From an uncultured Chlamydiae bacterium (GTDB taxonomy: Bacteria; Chlamydiota; Chlamydiia; Chlamydiales; Parachlamydiaceae), in contig CAVWGN010000001.1 in assembly GCA_963754655.1 (NCBI GenBank), forward strand, positions 2,112,001 to 2,176,000: a stretch of 64,000 nucleotides of DNA. The letters run 5' to 3'. The notes under the pieces were generated by a model. That model ran no database searches and was not told where the DNA came from. It saw only the letters and a program-made list of their open reading frames with translations. Numbering within the stretch: the stretch's first letter is position 1; each line of letters opens with the position of its first letter. Positions 20,283-30,334 of this stretch are shown in pieces. A program made the position numbers and the translations under genes.

Positions 20283-21638
20283 TCAAGATTGAGCAGCTTC
20301 GAATTCAATCTTTTTTAAGAAGAACTTTCGGCTTTCTCCAATCACTTCTTTGGACAATCCAAGGATACCTATGAGATTGGTCATGAGCATCAAAGAAATA
20401 GAAATATCAGCAAGACGCCAAACTAAATCGACATGCATGACGGCGCCCACTGGGATCAATGCAACATAAAAGAATTTAAATCGATCTGCTTGTCGCGTTC
20501 CATATAAAAATCCAATCGCTTTTTCAGCACAACAAGCCCAAGCAAGAATTGTTGTATAAGCAAACATCACTAAAGCCACAACGACAATATAAGCTCCAAT
20601 AGAATGTCCTAATCCTTGCTGAAAGGCTTGGGTGACCATGTTTGTGCTCTGTAAACCAGATTCTTGCCAAACTCCTGTTACAAGCAACACAAGACCTGTT
20701 GTGGTGCACACAATCATGACAAGAAAGGGCGCTACCAAAGTGACAATGCCATCAATAACAGGATTGACTGTGCGGGCGCTAGCTTGCAGAATAGGCACAA
20801 TGCCTGTTCCTGCATCCGTCGCAAAGAGTCCCCGATCAAAACCAGAGGATAGGGCTTTCAACGTGCTGAAACCCAAAACTCCACCTAAAGTTGATTTCGA
20901 ATCAAAAGCAGCGTTTAACATCAGCTTCAATGCAGGCATCACTTTGTCAGCATTTAATCCTAAAATAATAAGCGCGGTACCCAAATAAAGAAAGGCCTTA
21001 AGAGGAACGACAAAAGAAGCAAGCTTGGCGACTCGTTGAATTCCGCCAAGCAAAACAATTCCTACTAAAACGGCAATGACTATTCCACAAAAAAGAGGGT
21101 TAAATCCCATCTTTTGTAAAGGTAATGTGACCGAATTCACCTGAGCAAAATTTCCAACCGTCAAAGCTCCAACGATAGTAAATGAAGCAAATAATGCCGC
21201 AAGTTTTTTAAATCCAAGCCCATCGCGCAAGTAATACATGGGCCCTCCACTATATTCTCCTTCAGCATTCAGCTTGCGGTATTTGACTCCTAAAACGCAA
21301 CTCGCATATTGAATGGAAGCTCCCAAAAAGGCCATAACCCACATCCATACCAAAGCACCTGGTCCGCCTGTTGTGAGTGCAACAGCCATTCCGGAAATAT
21401 TTCCTGTTCCAAAATTACCAGCTAAAACCGATGAAATCGCTTGGTAGTGGCTGATATTTCCTTGGCTTTGACTTTCTTTTTTTAAAAGATAAGAAAAGCT
21501 CATTTTCAATTTTGAAATTTGCACACATCTCAATTTGACTGTGAGGTATAATCCTAAAAGGACAATTGCAGGAAATACAAAGAAAAAAGTAAAGGTTTCA
21601 TTAAAATCAATCAAAAGTGTTTTAAAGCTTATATCCAT
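20283..21638 (-). CDS. Alanine/glycine:cation symporter (AGCS family)
   Basis: GTGNISG, GGPGALVWMW, GGPMYY, RGLFATDAGTG motifs. Confidence 0.92.
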   Translation of the reverse strand: MDISFKTLLIDFNETFTFFFVFPAIVLLGLYLTVKLRCVQISKLKMSFSYLLKKESQSQGNISHYQAISSVLAGNFGTGNISGMAVALTTGGPGALVWMWVMAFLGASIQYASCVLGVKYRKLNAEGEYSGGPMYYLRDGLGFKKLAALFASFTIVGALTVGNFAQVNSVTLPLQKMGFNPLFCGIVIAVLVGIVLLGGIQRVAKLASFVVPLKAFLYLGTALIILGLNADKVMPALKLMLNAAFDSKSTLGGVLGFSTLKALSSGFDRGLFATDAGTGIVPILQASARTVNPVIDGIVTLVAPFLVMIVCTTTGLVLLVTGVWQESGLQSTNMVTQAFQQGLGHSIGAYIVVVALVMFAYTTILAWACCAEKAIGFLYGTRQADRFKFFYVALIPVGAVMHVDLVWRLADISISLMLMTNLIGILGLSKEVIGESRKFFLKKIEFEAAQS

Positions 21639-21944
21639 GTCGTTGCTCCTATCATGTCTATCATCACATTGTCATTACACTTTAAAGTGTATCGATCTTT
21701 CGGTTTATGCCCCTTCTGGCTTTAAGAAGGTTTAATTAAAATGGAAAATTCAAAATGGGGAGAAAAGATGATGCACCCTAAGGTGCGGAACGGGAAGACT
21801 GACCGGAAGAAAGCAAGAAATCTTTAAAAATCATAGCTTTACAATTAATTACTTTTAATAAATCTATGATATCGCATCAATCCTAATGTTTCAATGAAAA
21901 TTGACTTTCAATTATGATTTTTATCCATCTGGTCGAGTTAACCA

Positions 21945-22946
21945 TTGAGGATGCGTGAGTTTATGATGATAAATTCTTTGGAATTTTCTACCACACTTAA
22001 CTTTCATTTTCTCAACACACAATCCCCTCAAATGAGGAGAAAAACAAGTTACACGTGGGTCATTTCCGCTCTTTCTTATTTTGATGAACTTCTTATTTCT
22101 TGGAATGCAGCTCGCCCTTTGCAAGGCCATTATGTGATTTTAAGCCGTGTCTTGATTCAGGATCAATGGTCGCCTTGGCTCTTGTATGCTGTATGGGGGG
22201 CGCAATGCCAATATAGCTTTCATGACACAACTTCAAAAGCACCTGTTCATTCTTTTCAAGATCAAATAGAATTGTTAGATGAACAAGTTGCAACAGGTTT
22301 TTGCATTCGAATTGAAGCTTGTGCCGGTGCTACACTAGAAAACTTTTATACCCTATACGCTTGTACTTCTAGAATCAAAGCTCCTAAACCAACTTGGGCT
22401 TCCCCTTCATGCTCTTTTCATCCTTTATCCGTCCCCAAAATTTCCCAGCTTTGTTTAAACCATCCTCGTTCTCATAGCTTCTGCTCTCCTACATCCACAA
22501 CAGCTGTTGTTCAATACCTTCATTCTCACCAGCACTTGAGCCCGTTGCAATTTGCAAAACAAGTCTACGATGCAAGCTTTGATATTTATGGCAATTGGCC
22601 CTTCAACACTGCTCAGGCTTTTGTCGAATTGGGTCCTCAATGGCAATGCTTTTGCGCCCGTATGGCAAAAATAGAATGGCTTTGGCAAAGTCTGCAACAC
22701 GGATTGCCCGTTGTGATTAGCATCAAAGGGACGTTGCCTGGTAGTCTTCTTCCCTATTCCAACGGTCATTTAATGGTTATTAAAGGATATGATGCAACGT
22801 CTCAACAATTCTTGTGTATGGATCCTGCTTTTGCCTCAGATGAACAAACAGAGATAGCTTATCCTTGGCATACACTGATGCACGCCTGGGAAAAACGGCA
22901 CTATTTGGCTTATTTTTTTGCCAAAAGTTTAACGAAGTCAATCTGA
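21945..22946 (+). CDS. Peptidase C39-like family protein
   Basis: ELLISWNA, CSPTSTTAV (Cys), YGNWPFNTA, GHLMVIKGYD (His), DPA. Start uncertain. Confidence 0.78.
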   Translation: MRMREFMMINSLEFSTTLNFHFLNTQSPQMRRKTSYTWVISALSYFDELLISWNAARPLQGHYVILSRVLIQDQWSPWLLYAVWGAQCQYSFHDTTSKAPVHSFQDQIELLDEQVATGFCIRIEACAGATLENFYTLYACTSRIKAPKPTWASPSCSFHPLSVPKISQLCLNHPRSHSFCSPTSTTAVVQYLHSHQHLSPLQFAKQVYDASFDIYGNWPFNTAQAFVELGPQWQCFCARMAKIEWLWQSLQHGLPVVISIKGTLPGSLLPYSNGHLMVIKGYDATSQQFLCMDPAFASDEQTEIAYPWHTLMHAWEKRHYLAYFFAKSLTKSI

Positions 22947-22965
22947 TACAGATCAGTATTATTTT

Positions 22966-24648
22966 TTATAAAGGATAACTGTGTCTTTTCCGTGTGACTT
23001 CAACTACAGTTCTATTAAATGCTTTACTAATTTCTTCATCTTCACAAACAACAATGATGCCCATTTTCTTTAAAATATTTTCCTCTTCCAAATTTTTTGC
23101 ATGCGCAATGATTGTAATGTCTGGATGAACCTCATGTGCATATCGAATAATATCAAGAGTTGTTGCAAGATCAGAGCCAGTCAGGATTAAAAGACTAGCT
23201 GAGGTAATTTGAGCCATTTCTAGCATATTGGGAAAAGCAGCCTCGCCATAAACCGCTTCGCGCTTTTGTTCAATCAATTTTGCAACTGTATCCACATTGC
23301 GATCTATAATAACAGAACGGTACCCTAATTTTTCTAAAGTATTCACAACGCTTTGTCCAATGATTTCAAAGCCAACAATTAAAGCTTTAAGTTCGCGTTG
23401 AGACACTTGTTTTAAGTGTTGCTGTGTGAATAAAAGGTTTGATTCTAATCCCTCCAATTGAGGCTTTAAATAGTTCAGAATTTTAAAAAACAAAGGATTC
23501 ACTGCAATGGAAATCAATGCACACGCTACAATGATATCATAAGCCTCATCAGGGAAAATATGAAATTTAGCAGCTTCTTCTGCTAAGATAAAAGAAAACT
23601 CTCCAATTTGAGCAAGAGCTAAGGCCACACTTAAGGCAACTGAAACAGGATAACGCATTAAGACTACAATTAAAAAAGCTGTTAAAGGTTTGACTACAAG
23701 AATAATGATCAAAATGCCTAAGAAAAGAGGAAAATGTTCAATAATGGCCATTGGATTAAAAAGCATGCCAACGGAAAGAAAAAAAATGACAACAAAAGCA
23801 TCTTTCATAGGAGAGGCATAAGCAGAGGCTTGATGGCGCACATCAGTTTGCCCGATCACCATTCCTGCGATGAAAGCGCCTAAAGCAATGGAAGTACCAA
23901 ATACAACAGCTGATCCTGTAGCTATTAAAAAAGTCAGGGCCAAAACAGTTAAAGTAAATAGCTCAGGAGAACGCGTGCGTGCTATTTTAAAAAGCGCATA
24001 AGAGACAAATTTATGCCCCAAAGTAAACATAATGGCAGCCAGCACAATAAACTTAACCACAACAAGAGCCATAGAAGTTAAAATTTCTTGCATCGAAATA
24101 GTGGCTCCAGTCAAAAGAGCAACAATAGTAGGAAGCAAAATAAGCACTGCAACAGTTAGAATATCTTCGACTATCAACCATCCTACCGCAATATATCCTT
24201 GCAAAGTCTCTAAAAGATTGTGATCAGCAAGAACTCGGACCAATACGACAGTACTGGCAACACCTATTGCCAAACCAATCAAAACACCTGCTTCCCATCC
24301 ACCCCACATGTAATGAACAAATAAGGTTGCAGCAGCTGTGGCAACTAACGTTTGTATAATTGCTCCTGGAATGGCGATATTTTTAACATTGACTAAATCT
24401 TGCCATTTAAAATGAAGACCGACCCCAAACATCATTAACATGACGCCTACTTCTGCCAGTTGCTCTGCAAGCTGAAGATTCGCAACGTATCCCGGAAAGT
24501 AGGGCCCAATAACATAACCCGCCAACAAGTACCCCAAAATAGGGGAGAGTTTTATCTGCTGGGTCAAATATCCTAAAAGACTAGCTAAAGTAAAGCCTAT
24601 CGTCAAAATAATAACGATATTGAGATTGAGATTAATCGACTCTTCCAT
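22966..24648 (-). CDS. Kef-type CPA2 antiporter with TrkA-N domain (YbaL/RosB-like)
   Basis: GVMLMMFGVGLHF, GWLIVED, LAQIGEFSFILA and a C-terminal RCK/TrkA-N domain. Start placed at MEESIN. Confidence 0.9.
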   Translation of the reverse strand: MEESINLNLNIVIILTIGFTLASLLGYLTQQIKLSPILGYLLAGYVIGPYFPGYVANLQLAEQLAEVGVMLMMFGVGLHFKWQDLVNVKNIAIPGAIIQTLVATAAATLFVHYMWGGWEAGVLIGLAIGVASTVVLVRVLADHNLLETLQGYIAVGWLIVEDILTVAVLILLPTIVALLTGATISMQEILTSMALVVVKFIVLAAIMFTLGHKFVSYALFKIARTRSPELFTLTVLALTFLIATGSAVVFGTSIALGAFIAGMVIGQTDVRHQASAYASPMKDAFVVIFFLSVGMLFNPMAIIEHFPLFLGILIIILVVKPLTAFLIVVLMRYPVSVALSVALALAQIGEFSFILAEEAAKFHIFPDEAYDIIVACALISIAVNPLFFKILNYLKPQLEGLESNLLFTQQHLKQVSQRELKALIVGFEIIGQSVVNTLEKLGYRSVIIDRNVDTVAKLIEQKREAVYGEAAFPNMLEMAQITSASLLILTGSDLATTLDIIRYAHEVHPDITIIAHAKNLEEENILKKMGIIVVCEDEEISKAFNRTVVEVTRKRHSYPL

Positions 24649-24876
24649 AGAATATCCTTTGAGCCTCAAATAAGTGATTGGATAGCGATGACAAAATTTA
24701 ATTTTAATATAGGCAATATTCTTTTATCTGGAAATAGACTAAAATCCAATCTTAATCAGGTTTTTAAATAGAGGAATCTTGGAATAACAGTCTGTTTTTG
24801 ATTCCTAACAATTTACGAAAATATCGTTTTTTATTAAAATTACCCTTTCTAAAATATTCCCTAACATCCTAAAGAA

Positions 24877-26004
24877 ATGATGAAAATACGATTGAAACCT
24901 TTTTTATTAGAACAAATATTAACTGTAATTTTTTATTTATCATCCATCCAATTAGAGGCAAATACAATGTTATGGAAAGGCTTTGCTAGCGATAACTATG
25001 CGGGTGTTCATCCCACAATTTTAAAAGCTATTCAAGAAGCTAATCAAGGTCATAGCAGAGCCTATGGAGATGATACATATACCAAAGAAGCTGTCGCTTT
25101 ATTTAAACGCTATTTTGGCGATGACATTGATGTTTATTTTGTTTGCAATGGAACAGCAGCCAACGTCCTTGGTTTGACTACATTGCTTAAATCCTACCAA
25201 GCTATCATTTGCGCAGAATCAGCCCATATCAACGTGGACGAGTGCGGTGCTCCTGAAAAATACATCGGCTGTAAACTGTTGACGGTCGCTACAAAGGATG
25301 GAAAATTGACCATCGAAAATATTAAAAGTTTTTTAAATGCTTATGGAGATCAACATAAAGTTCAACCGAAAATCATCTCAATTGCCCAAAGCACGGAATT
25401 AGCCACTATTTATACACCTCAAGAGATCAAAAAAATCAGTGATTTTGCCCATGCCAATGGGCTTTTAGTGCATATGGATGGAGCCCGTTTGAGTAATGCT
25501 GTAGCCAGTTTAAATGTCTCTTTATCTGCAGTGACAAAAGATGTAGGAATTGATGTATTGAGCTTTGGTGGGACTAAAGATGGAATGATGTTCGGTGATG
25601 CGGTGATTTTCTTTAATAAAGATTTTTCAAAAGATTTTCCTTATATTCGCAAACAAGGGATGCAGCTGATTTCTAAGATGCGCTTTATTTCAGCGCAGTT
25701 TATCGCTCTTTTAACCGATAATCTTTGGCTTAAAAATGCGCAACATGCAAATGAAATGGCACAGTTTCTGGCAGAAGAGATTAAAAAAATCCCCGAAATC
25801 ACCATCAGCAAAAATGTTCAAGCTAATGCTGTATTTGCTTATGTCGATCCCACAATTATTTCCAAATTACAAGAAAAATACTTTTTTTATGTTTGGGATG
25901 AAGCGACTTCAGAAGTACGTTGGATGACCTCTTGGGATACAACTAAGGAGGATATTCAAAATTTTGTAACCTTCATCAGGCAAACATTAGCAAATCGGGT
26001 TTAA
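24877..26004 (+). CDS. ltaE: Low-specificity L-threonine aldolase
   Basis: FASDNYAG, NGTAAN, HINVDECGAPE, HMDGARLSNA, SFGGTKDG. The true start may be the MLWKGF Met at 24967. Confidence 0.9.
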   Translation: MMKIRLKPFLLEQILTVIFYLSSIQLEANTMLWKGFASDNYAGVHPTILKAIQEANQGHSRAYGDDTYTKEAVALFKRYFGDDIDVYFVCNGTAANVLGLTTLLKSYQAIICAESAHINVDECGAPEKYIGCKLLTVATKDGKLTIENIKSFLNAYGDQHKVQPKIISIAQSTELATIYTPQEIKKISDFAHANGLLVHMDGARLSNAVASLNVSLSAVTKDVGIDVLSFGGTKDGMMFGDAVIFFNKDFSKDFPYIRKQGMQLISKMRFISAQFIALLTDNLWLKNAQHANEMAQFLAEEIKKIPEITISKNVQANAVFAYVDPTIISKLQEKYFFYVWDEATSEVRWMTSWDTTKEDIQNFVTFIRQTLANRV

Positions 26005-26024
26005 TCTTGCTTAAATGATTGGAG

Positions 26025-26099
26025 CGGATCAACTCTTATAAATGATAAAGAACACTTCCCTTGCGGGAAAGTGTCCAGGGATGTGCCATCCCAGAATAG
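26025..26099 (+). repeat. Degenerate direct repeat of the recombinase-tail/tRNA-Leu junction (att-like scar)
   Basis: AATGATAAAGAACACTTCCCTTGCGGGAAAGTGTCCAGGGATGTGCC matches AATGATAAAGGACACTTCCCTTGCGGAAAAGTGTCCTAGGATGTGCC at 31145-31191. Confidence 0.75.
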
Positions 26100-26198
26100 C
26101 TTTAGCACTTTAAAGACTTTGATTAGAGCTTAATCAATTCGAATATGTTGGCCTAGTACTCAACCACATTAGTTTTGTGTATTTAGACTGCTTCAAAG

Positions 26199-26271
26199 CC
26201 CCGGGGTTGAATTGGCGTAAGTGGGTCAATATTAGCAATATTGACCCACTTACGTCAATTCAACCCCGGGG
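26199..26271. repeat. 73-bp near-perfect palindrome (MITE-like)
   Basis: CCCCGGGGTTGAATTGGCGTAAGTGGGTCAATATT-agc-AATATTGACCCACTTACGTCAATTCAACCCCGGGG. Confidence 0.85.
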
Positions 26272-26429
26272 TTAGGGTGTTCATTTTGTGCAAAAAATGA
26301 GCTTTATTTTTCACAATAATTGGCATAGTTAAATTGAAAGTCGCATGTTTATGCCGTCCTTTCAGGACTCGATGTCTTTTTGATAGAACCCAGGCCTCCG
26401 CTTCGCTGCGACCTGGGCTGTAACATGAC

Positions 26430-26838
26430 GGCCCTTCAGGCCTTAACAAAAAGATGATTTAGGGACTATAGAAGAGGGACTTAAACATCTCTTGTTAAGC
26501 CTGAAGGGCCGGCCCTTTAAGCCTTAACAAAAGGACTATTTATGGACTATAGAAGAGGGACTTAAATCTCTTTTGTTAAGGCCTGAAGGGCCGGCCCTTT
26601 AAGCCTTAACAAAAGGACTATTTATGGACTATAGAAGAGGGACTTAAATCTCTTTTGTTAAGGCCTGAAGGGCCGGCCCTTTAAGCCTTAACAAAAGGAC
26701 TATTTATGGACTATAGAAGAGGGACTTAAACATCTCTTGTTAAGGCCTGAAGGGCCGGCCCTTTAAGCCTTAACAAAAGGACTATTTATGGACTATAGAA
26801 GAGGGACTTAAATCTCTTTTGTTAAGGCCTGAAGGGCC
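26430..26838. repeat. Five tandem 81-82-bp hairpin units
   Basis: Units start at 26430, 26511, 26593, 26675 and 26757. Each reads GGCCCTTYARGCCTTAACAA...TTGTTAAGGCCTGAAGGGCC with a near-identical loop. Confidence 0.92.
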
Positions 26839-26948
26839 GTCATGTGGTCCGATCTAGGGACATGGGTAACACTTTATCTAAGGACATAGGTGACATTATC
26901 CAAGGACATGGGTAACACTCCGGTTGATTAACAACTGGAGGTAAACCC

Positions 26949-28103
26949 ATGCCTTGGAGGATTATGTCGACTACAGAGGAACGTAAAAAATTCATAGATC
27001 AAGCTTTACGCACTGATCGCCGCCATGTAGCTTTTGCAGATTTATGTGAAAGTTACAATATTAGTACTAAAACAGGATATAAATGGTTAAATAGATTTAA
27101 AAAAAACGGAGAAAAGGGCCTTGAAGACCTTTCTCGGGCTCCCTTTTCCCACCCTAATCAAATTTCAAAAGAAGTTGAATTAGCAACTGTCAGTATTCGC
27201 AAGCAATTTCCTAACTGGGGCCCTAAAAAAATACGAGCCGAGCTTGTAAATCACTATCGTGAATTATTAGTGCCTTCTGAAGCCAGTATCGGTAATATTT
27301 TAAAGAGAAATAATTTGTCCAATCAACGAATCCACAGGAGACATGTTACTCAAACAGCTCCATTGGGCGATTGCAACGCTTCAAATGATACCTGGATGTA
27401 TGATTTTAAAGGGTGGTTTCGAACAGGTGATAATCAAATATGCGAACCTTTAACAGTTACAGATGGCTTTTCTCGCTATCTTCTTCATTGTCAACATATG
27501 CCAAGGAAACGGGGATGTGATGTTTGGAAGGAATTAGAACAACTTTTTTATGTGTACGGATTACCAAAGAAATTGCGAAGTGATAATGGTCCCCCTTTTG
27601 CTTCTTTGGCTGTAGGTCGATTATCTAGCATTGCAATTAAATTAATCAAAATTGGCGTTACTCCAGAATGGATCGATCCTGGATGTCCTGAACAAAACGG
27701 TAGGCATGAGAGGTTTCATTTAACTCTAAAAAATGAGACAGCAAATCCCCCAGCCTTGACGTTATCTCTTCAACAGGAAAAATTTCTTCAATTCAAAAAA
27801 TATTACAATAACAGACGTTACCACGAAGCATTAGGCCAGCAAACACCAGCTTCCGTGTATAAACCTTCTCGACCTATTTGGGATGGTAAATTCAAACCCA
27901 TTGAATACCCCAGTTACTATGAAGTCAGAAAAGTTTGCGCAGGAGGATTGATTTCTTGGAAGGGCACCTATTTCTTCATTAGTGAAATGCTACGAGGGGA
28001 ATATGTAGGACTCAGAGAAATTGAAGTAGGGATAATGGGGATTTATTTCGGCCCAATTCTCCTAGGAAAAATTAACATGGCCAGAGGGTTTAAGAGATTA
28101 TGA
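26949..28103 (+). CDS. IS481 family DDE transposase
   Basis: MPW start, HTH (ISTKTGYKWLNRF), WGPKKI, WMYDFKG, LTVTDGFSRY, RSDNGPPF, PEQNGRHERFH. Confidence 0.93.
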   Translation: MPWRIMSTTEERKKFIDQALRTDRRHVAFADLCESYNISTKTGYKWLNRFKKNGEKGLEDLSRAPFSHPNQISKEVELATVSIRKQFPNWGPKKIRAELVNHYRELLVPSEASIGNILKRNNLSNQRIHRRHVTQTAPLGDCNASNDTWMYDFKGWFRTGDNQICEPLTVTDGFSRYLLHCQHMPRKRGCDVWKELEQLFYVYGLPKKLRSDNGPPFASLAVGRLSSIAIKLIKIGVTPEWIDPGCPEQNGRHERFHLTLKNETANPPALTLSLQQEKFLQFKKYYNNRRYHEALGQQTPASVYKPSRPIWDGKFKPIEYPSYYEVRKVCAGGLISWKGTYFFISEMLRGEYVGLREIEVGIMGIYFGPILLGKINMARGFKRL

Positions 28104-28547
28104 AGGAAAACACAAATTTTCTACCAAAAAGTTTAAACTTACAGATGAGCAAATTAGGATATACGTATGGTTGAAAGAGCAAGAAATAAATACAGATGAT
28201 GGAACTCTTTGCTATTGGGTAAAAACATACCCTTCAAAAAGGCTAAAAGAAGTTGTTGAGTTTGCAAATGTAAGAATGACTTCAGGGCAGAAAATCCTGA
28301 ATACTGGGGGATTTATTCGTAATCTCCTTCAAAATGGAAGTACAGTTGTTAACGATACATGTCAATTCAATCGAGAATATGCATTAGAATTGCTATGACA
28401 AAAAAGTGGAGTGATTTGAAAATTTACGAAAAATATGTTAAGGACAGTGTAACAGGAGATGACCTCCCTTTAACTATAGTAATAAGTGAGTTTAAGCTGG
28501 CTCTTGAAAGGCTGTACCAAAAAAGTTGTCTTTATAGATGGGCCTAA
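28100..28547 (+). pseudogene. Frameshifted passenger ORF inside the IS481 element, function unknown
   Basis: Open frame from ~28066 (KFKLTDEQIRIYVWLKEQEINTDDGTLCYW...) continues in another frame after ~28395 (MTKKWSDLKIYEKY...); it lies inside the right IS end. Confidence 0.55.
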
Positions 28548-28825
28548 AAAGGACATTGCCTTATTATATAAGTGTTTTATTTTAATTAAAACCGTTACCC
28601 ATGTGCTTAGATAGAGTTACCTATGTCCTTGGATAATGTGTTACCTATGTGCTTGATCGGACAATGTTACAGCCCAGGTCGCAGCGAAGCGGAGGCCTGG
28701 GTTCTATCAAAAAGACATCGAGTCCTGAAAGGACGGCATAAACATGCGACCTTCTATTCAACTATGCCAATTATTGTGAAAAATAAAGCTCATTTTTTGC
28801 ACAAAATGAACACCCTAGATCAGGG

Positions 28826-28971
28826 CCGGGACTTAACAAAGAACTGTTTTTGGGCTTGATATTCGTCGAGTCAATTTAACAATACCCCGCCTGTAACAGG
28901 CTTTAGAGGCATATTTCCCGAAAATGACGCGAAAAATATCAAGTCCAAAACAGTTCTTTGTCAAGTCCCGG
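28826..28971. mobile_element. ~146-bp MITE-like element with ~38-bp terminal inverted repeats
   Basis: CCGGGACTTAACAAAGAACTGTTTTTGGGCTTGATATT...AATATCAAGTCCAAAACAGTTCTTTGTCAAGTCCCGG. Confidence 0.8.
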
Positions 28972-28972
28972 A

Positions 28973-29054
28973 CCAAGGCAACACCCTGGGTATAAGTGTG
29001 TTGTGTTATGCAGCCTGAAGGGCTGCATGTGTCAAATATTTTAGTAAAACACCC
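28973..29054. repeat. Solo arm homologous to the outer arm of the 8963-9502 foldback
   Basis: CAACACCCTGGG...GTTGTGTTATGCAGCCTGAAGG...GTGTCAAATATTTTAGTAAAACAC resembles 9427-9502. Confidence 0.7.
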
Positions 29055-29171
29055 GTTATGAGTTAGAAAAAATATATAGCGGAGTGGTTATAATTGCGTG
29101 TATTATCATTTATATCACTTTTTGGTAATGTTTTTCAGACACGCCCTAGCATAGTACGAATCTTTTATCTC

Positions 29172-29525
29172 TTACTTATCTGATAAACCTTTAGAGTCAT
29201 AAAAAAGCTCAATCTTTGCAATAAGCCCATCTTGAAAACTCAAAAGAGAAGCTGCCTGAAATTTTTTAGGAAGGCCGGGAATTTCTACTTCATAGACAAT
29301 CATCGCTTGATCTTCTGAACCAAATTTTGCATGAATTGTTAGAGATTTAAAAATACCTGTAAATCCTTCCGCTGCTTTAAGGACTGCTTCTCTGCCAATG
29401 ACTTTTTCTTGTGGATCGGTAAATTGAATATCAGGATGCAAATATTTTTTCACCGCTTCCATGTTTTTCTCTCCAAGAGCTGTATAATAAGCTACTCCTA
29501 TAGCCTGTGTATCCGTCTTCATCAT
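29172..29525 (-). CDS. SnoaL-like / NTF2-fold protein
   Basis: YYTAL, YLHPDIQFTDP, GREAV, FQDGLIAKIELFYD; divergent from a TetR regulator. Confidence 0.82.
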   Translation of the reverse strand: MMKTDTQAIGVAYYTALGEKNMEAVKKYLHPDIQFTDPQEKVIGREAVLKAAEGFTGIFKSLTIHAKFGSEDQAMIVYEVEIPGLPKKFQAASLLSFQDGLIAKIELFYDSKGLSDK

Positions 29526-29613
29526 TTCTCCTTTTGAATTTTTGACAAACATAATTGATTATATTAAACTATATTCATTATATCAATATTAAATATAGTA
29601 ACCTATATCCAAT

Positions 29614-30255
29614 ATGTCAGAAGGCAAAAAAAGACCTTACAAGTCAGTAGCTAGAAACACACAAGCAGCTCGAACAAGAGCTCGTATTCTCGACTCTGCA
29701 AAAAATCTTTTTGAAACAGAAGGATTCGAATATGTGACGATTGAAAAAATTGCCCAAGCGGCAAACGTTGCCATTCCCACCATTTATTCGCTCTTTCAAT
29801 CTAAGCTTGGGGTGCTTCGAGCTTTAATGGATGAGGCTCTTCCTTCAGATCAATTCAATACTCTTGTAGAAAAGAGCATAGATGAGAAATCACCTAAAGA
29901 ACGCCTCAGTATTTCTGCTAAAATCGCTCGTCAGATGTACGATGCAGAGAGCGCAAGAATAAGTATTTTTCGAGGTGCTGCTGTCTTAGCACCTGAGTTC
30001 AGAGAGCTCGAAAAAGAAAGAGAAATGCGTCGTTACACACGACAGGGTGTGACTATAAAAGCAATGGTGAAGGAGAAATCCCTTATAGAGGGTCTTAGCG
30101 CAGCCAAAGCACGGGATATTCTCTGGGCTTTGACTGGCCGTGATATGTATCGTATGTTTGTCGTAGAGCAGGGATGGACATCAGATGAGTATGAAAAATG
30201 GTTAACTCAGCTGCTCATAATTACTTTGATAGGTGATAAAAAAGAATTGAAATAG
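29614..30255 (+). CDS. TetR/AcrR family transcriptional regulator
   Basis: RARILDSAKNLFETEGFEYVTIEKIAQAANVAIPTIYSLFQSK HTH. Confidence 0.92.
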   Translation: MSEGKKRPYKSVARNTQAARTRARILDSAKNLFETEGFEYVTIEKIAQAANVAIPTIYSLFQSKLGVLRALMDEALPSDQFNTLVEKSIDEKSPKERLSISAKIARQMYDAESARISIFRGAAVLAPEFRELEKEREMRRYTRQGVTIKAMVKEKSLIEGLSAAKARDILWALTGRDMYRMFVVEQGWTSDEYEKWLTQLLIITLIGDKKELK

Positions 30256-30287
30256 ATCTTTATCCAGTTATTTTTACCACATGCGCC

Positions 30288-30327
30288 TTGACATCCTCCT
30301 CCACATTTATGCGGAGGAGGATGTCAA
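30288..30327. terminator. Long hairpin between convergent tetR and RING genes
   Basis: TTGACATCCTCCTCCACAT / ATGCGGAGGAGGATGTCAA stem; no clear U tract. Confidence 0.55.
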
Positions 30328-30334
30328 CTAGGAA

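Larger units (their letters stand above)
26846..28663 (+). mobile_element. IS481-family element with passenger DNA
   Basis: Inverted ends (G/T)GTCCGATC, three GGACAT(G/A)GGT(A/G)ACA-like subrepeats at each end, and flanking ATGT duplication compared with the uninterrupted site GGGCCGTCATGTTACAGCCC at ~41407-41426. Confidence 0.85.
26273..28817. repeat. REPIN-like foldback element interrupted by IS481
   Basis: Left arm 26273-26429 is the reverse complement of right arm ~28664-28817 (TAGGGTGTTCATTTTGTG...CACAAAATGAACACCCTA); the same core occurs at 41000-41585. Confidence 0.85.

Noticed and set aside
21640..21830. Glycine riboswitch upstream of the AGCS gene
   Set aside because: The GGAGA...GCCGAAG...CTCTCAGG core is not present on the sense strand.
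26430..26838. CRISPR array
   Set aside because: The would-be spacers are nearly identical, each 82-bp unit is one hairpin, and no cas genes are present in the window.
26255..28859. Paired ORFs 26255-26449 and 28623-28859 with similar peptides
   Set aside because: Translations of the two inverted arms of the foldback element.
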